Source of the DNA: Vicugna vicugna
Taxonomy: Eukaryota
Direction of reading: 5' to 3'
Assembly: GCA_013265495.1 (NCBI GenBank)
Contig: MU058463.1
Span: forward strand, 2,441,523-2,505,522
DNA length: 64,000 nt
How positions within the stretch are numbered: the first letter of the stretch is position 1; each line of letters starts with the position of its first letter. Positions 38,601 through 49,731 of the stretch are shown in pieces. Under the pieces are notes generated by a model that was not told the DNA's origin, made no database searches, and worked only from the letters and a program-made list of their open reading frames with translations. Made by a program: the position numbers and the translations under genes.

Positions 38601-41600
38601 AAAGTTACGAAAATTTGACTTTTGAATGCTTATTCCATTTTATCTTTGTTCTCTTTTTTATTATCAGAAGATCCAGTTCCTTAAACAGAAGACCTTGCTA
38701 TGTCTTCAGATTCTTTCTTACATATTAAAATTCCTCTTTGGAGATTTTAACTCTGGCTTAAAGCTACAGGTCTTTGACCTTGGCTGTACTGCTTGAGAGT
38801 GGGGAGTTTTTTACAGCCGTGTTTCCTAGAGAGTGGAAGATGGACTTCTTGAGGTCCCAGCCTGGCTGTTTGCTCTCAGGTCTGAGTCGTCCTGATCACC
38901 TGCCTCGTGGTCACCACTGCTGTTGACAGTCATTCTCCATCCTGTCTCCATGGGGAACTGTCCTCTTTGCCGTCATAGTTCTGGGGATTCCAACCCCTTT
39001 GACACTTCTGAATGTGCTTGTCAAGTGCTCATCTGTCTCTGAAGTTATTTCTATTGTGTTCTTCAACTTTTCTTCTCTTTTCATCTTTCTGTTTTTTCCT
39101 ACTTCCTGGAGTTTCTCTGATAGTTCTTGTTTCCTCAAGGAAAGGTTAATTTTTCAAGACATGTGAGCCGCCTCCTTTTTCTCATTGAGCTCTGATTATT
39201 TGGTATGATTCCATTTAAGTCCCCCAGTATTTATTAAAAAATTTTGGGTATTAGATTGAGAATGCAGAGACAACCAGACATGCCTGTGTCCTTGAGGAGA
39301 TCTTAAGCTAGTGAGGCAGACAGACACACATGCAAACAATCTGAGGCAATGTAGAAAATAGCGAGGGAAGAGCCCTGTGGCTTCTGTGAGGGGGAGGATG
39401 AGAACCTTGCCACACCTGGAGAAACTGGATCAGCTCTTAACAATAGGGCAGCATTTAAAATCAGTCTTGAAGAATGACTACAAATTGGCTAGAAAAAATA
39501 AATTTTTTTAATCTAGTCTCTCTTTCTCAATTATTTGCTTATATGGTAAAAATATACTTGGAAATGAATAGCCCCCAGATCTTTTCCCACCACAAAGACA
39601 TATTGGATAAAATCAGTAACTTTTCTCAGGTGTGCCTGTTATGTTTGGCTGTCCTGCTGCCACCGCATTTCCTATAAGGATATCAGCTTTATTTTTGAGG
39701 TATTCTGGGTCTGGTATATTAAAGAATCCCAAAATATCCAAATGGATGGACTTGGATGAGCTAGCACACCATACATTGCTATCAGTTATTTACATGTAGG
39801 TGTGAATGAAGCAAATGGAAGCAGGTTTTGATAGGGACGGAAAGGGGAGAGGCAAGAGGGTAGGAAGAGCTGGGGGAAGAGGTGGCTGGAGATTCACTGG
39901 TGAAAAGGGAGTGCGGAAGTTGGAGGATGGGGACCTTGAACAAGCTAAAGGCCTAATTCTCTCTGGGAGTAGTCTTGTGTGTGCAAGAATGCCTTCTGAG
40001 TCATGATTCATTTGAACAACAAAGGTGTAAGGGGTCTCTAAGGTGGCCTCTGATAAGGAGCAGCACTTCCTCCACCTGGATTCCAAGCAAACTGAGAAAT
40101 AAAAGAGAGAGTAAACATGGGATTAAAAAAGCTCCCTTTGCCGCTGCTAGACTTCAGGGTGAATAAAGGAGCTTTGGGTTTGTTAGCTTTCTGATCTTGA
40201 ATCCAGAACTGGGCGGACTTGCTATCCACACCCCGTCTCGGCAGCACTAGACTGGGGCAGGACACCCCACAAGCATGAGTCCCCAAACTCTTCTCCACAT
40301 TGACCAAGCACGAGGCCCCTCTTCCTCCCCCAGACTGGAATGAGAAAGGGGCAGGAAGAGGCTGGAAAGATGCCTATGTCCTTGCTTCCCAGTAAGAAAG
40401 CCTAAGACATAAGCTAGAGAACAGCTTCCCCACCATAAGTTACTCTCATTTAATTTCTTTTTTTTTTAATTAAAATCTAAACATAGGTATGGATGGTGTT
40501 GCCTTTCAGTCATTTCATCTTCAACCTTTGTCCGTTGCTTCCGGCATTGACGCTTTCTCAGATTTTCAGCAGAGGCTTTAAGTGTCACTAGCCTCCACCC
40601 CTCTTTGGTTATTCTCATTTTAGTTCTTCCAGTTTTGTATCTTTTGGTTTTGTTTTGTTTTTGCTTCTAGATGGACCCTATTTCTTGAAAGAGAATGCAG
40701 AAGAGTGTAGGAACTAGTTGCTTTTGAGTCCTCGATGCTACTGCCATCTTCTGCTTTGGCCCCTTTTAGCTCCTTTTGGTATTCAGAGTAGGTGGATTCT
40801 GTCAGGTGCAATGTCTATGAGCTTGCATCTCGGTAGAGCGCATGTAGACGCGATGGCTGTTTACCTGGTCTCCCCACTGCCGTGCTATGAATTATCATGA
40901 GCCATTTAGATTAGCCTGTGTATTTGTTTTAGGGAGCCACCCTCTTCATCTTTCAGTTCCCTCTCTCCAGCATTGTCCCTGTGAGGCTTATGGGAGCTGC
41001 AGGGACTTAAAAACGAGGCAAATGGCTCTTTGAGGAAATCTCCCTAGGAGGGAAGAACCACTGGGGGTTTGTGAATGCTTGGAGTTTGATGCTCACTGTG
41101 AACTGAGATCAAGGTAAAATAAGAAGATAATGAAACAACATTTTGTTCCTGTGGGTGAAGTCAGATTGGTGACAGCTAGGTATTCTTATAGTCAAGTTTC
41201 ATAATCTGGATTGATTTCTAAAGAATTTAAAAATCATCAGTTGTCCCAGGGCTGTGCATATGTAAGAGCAGCAAGAGAGTGGAGTCTAATACAAACCAGC
41301 GCCAGCCGTGCTCATTTGCTTCCTGTTCTGTTCTTGACATGACAAAGTGGCTGAAGAGAGCTTTTATTGTTGTGGGTGTCACTCAAGTCTCAAATAAAGG
41401 TAGTTTCAACATCATGCTTTTAAAAAGTAATTTTGGCATAGATGGTATATATTTGCAAAGCATACAGAGTAGTGCCTGGCATGTAGTGAGCACTGCATGA
41501 GGATTTAATTAAATAAGAAGTGTTTAGAGTAAGTCAAACCACACTTGCCAAAATTCACAGATGAGGATGGAAACTTGGCATTGTTGATTATTTATAGCTC

Positions 41601-43149
41601 AGGTAATCTTCCCTGTGTTTCACATCTTTTGGGGTTAGCAGGGTCACTTCTGGTACTGCCAGGTTAAAGGTTCGGCTACAATATCAATTAAACATTATTC
41701 ACAAATAGCCTCTTTAGAGCTTTCCAAACTTAGAAATCATTGTAAATGTGAGGAAATTACAGAGAAGAGTAATGAGTTTATATATTAAGTGATGAAAGTT
41801 TATGGTAGATTAACTGAGGGCAAAGCGATTTAATTATGGACAAAAAGGGACACTACTAACTTGAAGAAGACAGCCACACCAGTGCTCAAGATACCTGCCA
41901 AATTCAGGAATGAAGGAGAAGACTGTGCCTGGCAGCCTATAACATATGTCTCTGTAGAGATTGGTTCCGCCCCGTTAGGCAGATGAACCAAAGGCCTTAG
42001 AATCCAGAGATTTAGCTAATTTGCCCATGTTTATAGAACACGTCTAGATACTTTCTACTCTGTGTGAGACTTCACGTTAGTAATCTCATAAACTCAGACC
42101 CGTAGGAGAAGAGAGGAGCTGGTTTCCAATCTATTGTTTCATGAAGGTTTTGAATTTAGTTGATTTGTACAATGATTAAAATTTCCTTTGGAAACATTTT
42201 CATTGAGTATGTCTAATTGGTTTTTAATCTCTTCTGAAACACCCTGAAACTTAAGGAAAGGGGAGTGTTTTTATTTTCCATAATCAAAAAGTGGTGGTTT
42301 TATGATATTAGGAGCCATTTATTCAATTTTTGTCTTTTTAGAAACGTAGTGTTAAAATTTATTCCATCTTCACAATTACAGGCATTATAGGTCAGAGTGC
42401 TCAAGCAAGTCAAATGAAGCAAACTTTCTTCTCCTCTCATTTTACGAAATGCAGCATCTTGGTATTTTTATGACATACCATTTTTATGACAAGTTGACTC
42501 GATTCATTGACTTGGGTGGAAAGCTGGCAACAGCAGAGCTTTGCTGTTAAGATTCCTCTATAGAAACTCCAAAGATCTTAATTCCTGAACTACACTATCA
42601 TCTCTGAAATAGTGTTCACTGCAGCATTCTTGAAGCTTTCACATCTTAATCTGAGATCCGACACCTCTTGTTAAGGCAAGGAACAGTTAAAAACTGTCTT
42701 CCTCTTGGCTAACCCAGCCTACCAGCCGTCTTAACAGTTAAACTACTATATAAAAATGAAACTGCTCCCAAGCATTGATTGCAACTGTTGTGCTGGGAAC
42801 CCTTTCCAGAGCATTAGCTCCCTTAGAGCAAAGAGAGGTCCTAACCAGCTGTTTCCAGGAACACTAACAGTGTAGTAATGTCCTTCGAAGCATAACTCAA
42901 GACGTCTGGCAACCTTGATCAGCCTGACAAGCTGATCAGTTTGTACATACAAGGTACAGTTAAAACTGATCCCAGACCAAGTGTGGCGACGAGAATCCCC
43001 AGTAATCCCAGTGTTTAGCATACCGAGCTCCTGTGAGATGCCAAAGCCAGAAATCGTCTCAAAGCAAAGTGATGGCTCATCGTCTTTTCCACGTGAGAGA
43101 AAAACATCAAGAAGGAGGAAGGGAAACTTTTCCCTCCTAAACTCATCAA

Positions 43150-43720
43150 ATCGATCGCTACCGTCACAGCGTCACTGGACACGATCCCGAGTCCTCAGTT
43201 TCTCGATGCGAGGAGTCCGTTTTCAAGGTGACCGTCGAGGTCGGGAGGAGCGTCCAGGCCTTTCCTTTGCCGCGACCCACGAGCTCCGCTCCTCCAGTGG
43301 GAACCCCCTTCTCCTTGACGGCCTTCTGGACGCACCGCTGGGGGCGCTCCGAGAGGTCAGTGCACGAGCCCGCGGCGCCGCGGGGCTGGAGCTGCTGCTC
43401 CGCAAACCGGCGCGCGTTGCGCGGGCGGCTCCGGGGCCCCGCGGGGCTGCGGCCTCGCGCACCTGCTCGGGCGTCGCGGCGGCGGCCGCTCCTCCGACGT
43501 CGTCACCTGCAGACGCGGCGCGGCGCGGGGCCGGGCAGGAGCGGGAACCATCCAGAGACGAGTTTAGGAGAGGATACACTCAAGAGATGTGGTGAGAGAA
43601 AAGACGGGAGGAGCAGCGCAGACGGATTTGAGAACGTTCTGCCTGCCGAGGACAGATCTGACCCGGTAAGAGCACGTTTTAGAAGCTCACATCCATTTCG
43701 GGAATACCTGGGGGGAAATA
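43150..43720. promoter_or_regulatory. CpG island (orphan)
   Basis: 43361-43540 has 31 A/T in 180 nt (~83% GC) with very dense CpG, in an otherwise CpG-depleted window. Confidence 0.75.
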
Positions 43721-44019
43721 CGATAAATGTTTAGAGCCCTTACTCAGAATGACCTATAAAGGCTTCTTTTTAAGTGTGCTTTGCCAAAACCTTTTATTTA
43801 TATTTATTTAATTTTATTTGTATTTTTGTATCTAAGATAGGTTGTGTCCTTGCCCTAAACAGGTCTGAAAATGGTTTCCAGGCTCTTAAGCGGGTAGAAT
43901 TTAGATCACCCAAAGTGCCCCCCACCCCCACCCCCCCTAACACCTAGTGTCTTCTGGAAGCTCTCTGCTTCTCTCTGGGGTCCAACCCAAAGCAAGGAGA
44001 GCAAGGAAGGAGATGCAGC

Positions 44020-44262
44020 TACAGCATTTTGAGTGTCTTCTCTGTGCCCAGTAGTTCCACATATGCTATCTTATTCATCCTCACATCAGCCTTTTGAAAA
44101 ATATTTCATTATTTCTATTGTGCCTGTGAGGAAACAAATTCAGCAAAATGCAACGCGCCGCTGCTGGCCGGGCACTTGGGGCGGTGATGTTGGGAGGCCG
44201 CGCGCAGGCAGGACGCTGGACTCCGGACGCGCGCGCTTTCCGCGCTCCTCGCCGTGTCGTTC
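44020..44262 (-). mobile_element. MIR SINE whose right half is strongly GC/CpG-enriched
   Basis: Left half cattttgagtgtc...tgtgcc...ttattcatcctcac...tgaggaaac is ordinary MIR. Right half still aligns (caggcagg...ctggactccggacgcgcgcgctttcc vs caggcagtctggctccagagcccgtgctctt). Confidence 0.65.
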
Positions 44263-46759
44263 ACCTTAGCTTAGATTTTGCCTGGTGCTCTGGTCACGCT
44301 TCTGATAGCGATGTGAGCCCTCCCTGACTCCTGTTCCTCAGTGCGTCTCTTTCTGTTGGTTCCTCTGATAAACAGAATCATGCTATGGTATTAGTGGCCA
44401 TCAGTGTCTTTTGACAAAGGCGTGTATGTCTTAACCCCGAAGAGAACCAGTGGCAGGAGCATGAAGCTTGTCATCACTCTTTACACTGCCTGTACAACGC
44501 CTGCAGGTGAGAAAACTTAGGTTATATTTTCTTTGAAGAATCTAAGGAAATGGCACCTTGCAGAACTCTGTGTAATAGCAGACTTGCAAAATTGCAATGT
44601 GTGGATGAATGAATGAGTTGATGGGCAACATTCGGCCTCAACAGAAAGGCGGTTTAAGTGGATTTCCACTTGTGAAGTCTTTCTTTTTACTCTTCATGAA
44701 TAGCAATGCTATATGTACAAATGAAAGTTCTTAGACGAGTAGAATATGGTAGTTTCTAAGAAACCTAATATGATGATTGTGCTCAGAGCTTTTCAGACTT
44801 CGAGCATTTTATAAAGTTGTGTGTTCCAGTTGTGAATGAATTCTTTTGTCCCTTGGAGTGCGTTTTGGTATTTGAATGAAGATCGTAGAGCACGGTGGTT
44901 GCTTACCTCAAGCTGTGTTAAACTGCCTGACTGCCCTCCTTTATTGTTTGTGACTACAGCTAAGGCTGGGTGGCAGTGAAATAAAATATTGATGAAAATG
45001 GCACTGAAAATGTGTTAAAGCAACATATTTTGAAATGTTTGTAGAACTCTTTGAGGTGAAATAATGGTTTTAAGTGAATTCATAAAGATGTTAGTACATC
45101 TTTTTAGTGGTAAAATTGCAGTTACACTGGAAATCCCTAACCTCATCTGAGAACATAGATTAACTATAGGTTTTATTAATTTTCCAATTTAAGAATAATT
45201 TAATAATAACAATATAGGAAATGTATGCTACAAGAACTGAATTCTTTTTTGGTAAATCTCTTTAATATTGACATGACCTAATAGAGATGCATGTGGCCAT
45301 CACAAGATTTACACAATGCTAAATATTTTTAGATTGATTTCAACATGAGAGATTGGAGAATACTCCTTCAGAAGTCTCAGGAGAATTGTTTTAGCATATT
45401 TTTGATAAAGACCTCTCTGCACACAATAAACAACCTCAAATGTAATATCATTTGAACATTTAATCCAGTTACCTTTTAACCTTCATGAAATGTTAGCACT
45501 AGATTTCAGGCTTAATAAAGGAGGTAAAGTGTGTGTATTTGTGTGTGTGTTTTAATATAATGCTGATCTTAGAGTCTTTCCTTAGAATAACAACTCTATT
45601 TTCAGTAAAGACAAAAAGGAGAACAGTATCATAGAAATGAATGGATGTGTATCAGTATCTTTAAAAATATTTATGCATTAGGTTACTGATCTGTCCATTT
45701 GGCCAGGATCTATTTTAGAAGAAAATATTATTTTTATGATAGGTTGTACACATTATTTTGTATTTATGGAACATGAATGGAGGAATGATACAGGATGGAC
45801 AGCTAGATGGAGCTGGCTTTCCATAAGTCACAACTCTTTTCATTGCTAGGAAAGCAAACTCTGATAGCTTAGAGCAGATTCTGTTCTGAAGAGAAAAATA
45901 GAGAACACTTAAGTGTTCTTGCTGGTAGACCAGTAATGACAGTAAATGATGAGTCCCATTAAAAACAAAAACAGAATGAGTTGTTACTTAATTGGACACA
46001 ACAATGCAAAGACTGCTTGCTCTCCCACAAGAAGTATTTTGTTAGAAGCATCCAAGATCACAGCTGAACCCTAAATTTACATCAACCCTAAATCTTCATT
46101 GTGTAATTGCCTTACTATAACTAGATTAAGTTGGTGAGATAGTTTAACTAGAATATCTAGACATAGATACAGCATACTCAATTTCCTTTATTAAGCAAAT
46201 TTATTTCTGGTTGCTTTCTATTTCATTAGCAGCTACAAATTTTTTTTTTAACATATTAATGGAGAGATATTGTTTGAGTTAAGTTAGACCCCAAACTACT
46301 ACATTTAGATTTAGAGAGCCAACACCCACCTGGCACTGCTTTGCTTTGCTAAAAACCGGACTTCTGGTAAAACTCCCTGCCTTCTCTCCGTGAAAGATTT
46401 CAGTTATGTTGGGTTTCAGGTTCTAGGAGTTTCTGTAGCACAAATGACAGCCTTTTCACAATTTTCTGCTGAAACCACATTGCACTGGACATCATTTTGT
46501 GCTTTCTAGAAGAGAGTCTCAAAGCTACCTTAGCTTTTCTAGGAAAAATCTCCCAAAGGCATCCTTCTTTGGAGAGAGGGAAAAAATGTATTATTCTGGA
46601 TGTATGTTCACACAGTTTTCACACATTTTTCAGGGGTAAGGGGGGAAAAATCCAGAACCAAGGCCATATAAGTTCACTAGACACTTAATTTGCTTGTCTG
46701 ATTTCTCCTAGTGACGTTTTTGAACCTTTCTGAACTGGGTTTTGGGTACTCTTTCTCGA

Positions 46760-48890
46760 TTCTTGTCATGAATGGTCTGCAAAAAGTTGGGTGTTCACTC
46801 TCAGGAGTCCACATGGTTAATATTATTAATGTAATAATACTAAGGCAATATTTGCTTTTTTCACTGTGTTGACATTTGCACTGATAATGAGAAAGCAATG
46901 ATGGGTAAAGGAGCTAGTGCCCCAGCACAAAGGCAGGGCGCCAATTGAGGCAGAGTCATTGTGTATTTCATTGTCACTCACTCACAGAATGTCTTTGATG
47001 AAGCATTACAAATTATCAATATTATTAAATCTCAACCCTAAGTATATCTCTTTAAGATTCTGTTGATAAAATGAGACGTCACCATAAACCCATCATTGCT
47101 GCAAACCAATGTTCAATGCATATCTCAGACTTGGTCATTCGGTAGATGTTTCTTGAAAATAAACAAAGTAAACCTGTCCCTATAAGGACAATGACTGACA
47201 ATTTTTTGTTTCCAATGATCAAACTCAACCAAGCAAAACTTAAAATTTTGGAAAACTTCAATATACCATCATGAACTTAGCTCTTTTATATGTAAGGACT
47301 TTTCTGATAAGATTGGTGGGACTCACATTGTACTGTAATTTTTTGATATTGTATAAAGGAACACATGAGATACAATGCATGAGCAAAAACATACTGGAGT
47401 AAAAGATCCATTTGAGATGGAAGATAGATCAGAGTGTCTTACAGTGCAACAGAGTAACCATCAGAGTTGTAAAGTTCATTCAGATGGTTTCGTTTCCATG
47501 TTACAAGTTTTCTTTTTATTTATATATATTTTTTATTGAAGTATAGTCAGTTTACAATGTTGTGTCAATTTCTGGTGTTACAGCACAATGCTTCATTCAT
47601 ATAGGAGCATACATATATTCATTATCATATTCATATTCATATTCTTTTTCACCATTAGTTACTACAAGATACTGAATATAGTTCCCTGTGCTATATAGTA
47701 TAAACTTGCTGTTTATCTGTCTTATATATATTAGTTAGTATCCACAAATCTCAAACTCCTAATTTATCCCTTCCCACCCTCTTACCCCCTGGTAACTATA
47801 TGTTTGTTTTCTATGTCTGTGAGTCGGTTTCTGGTTTGTAAGTAACTTTGTTTTTGTTTTTGTTTTTTTAGATTCCACATATAAGTGAGTCTATTTTTAG
47901 TCTTTTGAGGAATCTCTACTATTTTCCATAATGGCTGCACCAAACTACATTCTCACCAACAGTGTAGGAGGGTTCCCTTTTCTCTACACCCTCTCCAGCA
48001 TTTATCATTTGTGGACTTTTGGATGATGGCAGTTCTGACTCGTGTGAGGTGGTATCTCATTTCTCTGATAATTAGCGATATTGAGCATTTTTTCATGTGC
48101 CTATTGGTCATGTGTATGTCTCCCTTGGAGAATTGCTTGTTTAGGTCTTCTGCCCAATTTTGGATCGGGGTGTTTGTTTTTTTCTTATTAAGTTATATGA
48201 GCTGTTTACATATTCTGGATATTAAGCCCTTCTCAGTCTCATCTTTTGTTACAAGTATTTTCTCCTATCCTGTAGGTTGTCTTTTTGTTTTGCTTATGGT
48301 TTTCTTTGCTGTGCAAAAACTTATAAGTTTAATTAGATCCCATTTGTTTGTTTTTGCTTTTATGACATAAATCTCAGCAATGTTCTCCTAGGGCAGTCTA
48401 CCTAGGCAATAGAAATAAAAGCAAAAATAAACAACAGCTTTTAAGAGAATACCACTTGTTGAGTTTTGGTGTAGTATTGAAGAAGAATATCCTCAACTGC
48501 CTAAAAAGGCTATTAAAATACTTCCTTTTTCTAACTCCGTATCTGTGTGAGGACAGATCTTCTTTATAAACTTCAACTGAAAAAAAAAAACCTATGGAAA
48601 CAATTTCAATGCAAAAGTACCGTATTAAGCTGTCATCCATTAAACTATAAAGAGTTAAGTAAAAACGCAAAATATAATTACCACTTTTTTTTAGTTTTGA
48701 AAATACAGGGTTTATTTTTCAGTAGGTAATAGAGGCATACCATTATTTTAAAATAGGTTAATAAGTGAATACATCCTTTCTCAGTGTTAATTTCTTTAAA
48801 GTTGATTATAATCCATATAAACATTCTTTGGGTCCTCAGTGGTTTCTAAGAGTGGAGAAGGATCCTGAGAGGAAAGAGTTTGAGTATGGA
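46760..48890 (+). mobile_element. Charlie1-like hAT DNA transposon remnant (transposase pseudogene), split by an L1
   Basis: 46865 translates CVDICTDNEKAMMGK (hAT catalytic-D motif C.D.CTDGA.AM.G). 48461 translates EFWCSIEEEYPQLPKKAIKILPF, then after a frameshift TPYLCE (hAT C-terminal dimerisation domain). Confidence 0.85.
47510..48434 (-). mobile_element. Young L1 3' portion with internal deletion and 5' inversion
   Basis: T-rich tail and 3' UTR similar to 2661-3460; antisense ORF2 to 48363; sense-oriented ORF2 piece at 48364-48434. Confidence 0.9.
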
Positions 48891-48920
48891 GAGATCCTAC
48901 TCTCAAGCCTAGACTGCTCG

Positions 48921-49361
48921 TGTTTGGCACTGTGATATGCTGCCCAGATCCCCCCTTCAAGGAAAGAGTTGTTACCCCAATTGCTTGGGAGTGCTGCCAC
49001 CAACAGCCTAGAGCCATCAGCCCCTTCAGGGCCACACGGCTCAGTGTCAGCTACAGAGAGCTACCCCACCCGTGCCCCTTCCCAGGGTGGCCATCTAATG
49101 GCTAATGGATGCAGGTGCATAGGGGCGTAGCTATCTTTGTCCAACTCATGACAATACTCAAGGCCATCCTAGCATCAGAGCTCCTATGGGATCAGCCGAG
49201 CTGTCAGATGGCCTGCATCAATGCTTGACTTCTCCCTTTGCCCACTGCAATTTCCTTTCCCTCCTTTCCTCACATGTTATTTCCAAGGTCCTTCCTTAAT
49301 ACATATCCTGCACAATAAACTCTGTCTCGGAGCCTGCTTTCCAGGGAGACCACCCTGAAAC
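48921..49361 (+). mobile_element. ERVL solo LTR, LTR16A-like
   Basis: ctgcccagatcccccttcaagg...gggagtgctg...ggccatcctagcatcagagctcc...acttctccctttgccc...cctgcacaataaactctgtctcggagcctgctttccaggg. Confidence 0.8.
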
Positions 49362-49731
49362 CTCATGGGGGCTCCACAGTAGGTTAAAAGTCAGTTCTCT
49401 TTCCAGCTCTGAGTAATCAGGACTCCTGAAGTACCACTTCACACAGGGTTCTAAATTCCTTCTTGACAAACCACACAAACCCATGGGCCTGTAAAGGGCT
49501 TTATGTGGTCTGGAAGCTCCCACAATGCACATCCACGAGGTCTGGGACAGCCTAGTTCCGGGCTTCCTAGGGCTAGTTCAGGAGTGACAAAGGAAAGCAG
49601 GTTTTGGCTTCTGGGAAGCACAGGTGAAAAATACTGATGCTCATTCCACTTGCACGCACCTTCCAAATTTTAAGTGAGTGGTAAGAACACACAAGATAGA
49701 GAACGGGGGCCCTCGCTTGAGGAGACAGATT

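Noticed and set aside
38911..39138. Lys/Glu-rich 75-aa minus-strand ORF resembling a coiled-coil exon
   Set aside because: Explained by a purine-rich strand; no convincing flanking splice sites or recognisable homology.
40620..40811. 63-aa minus-strand ORF with protein-like composition
   Set aside because: Non-ATG start, ends in a simple repeat, and has no supporting exon structure.
43334..43348. CTCF-like motif accgctgggggcgct
   Set aside because: Mismatches at core positions; such near-matches are common in GC-rich DNA.
42981..43734. Overlapping ORFs of 204, 168, 118 and 64 aa across the CpG island
   Set aside because: Mostly non-ATG starts, Arg/Ala/Pro/Gly low-complexity products, and frames open on both strands, as expected from stop-codon scarcity in GC-rich DNA. 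No recognisable domain.
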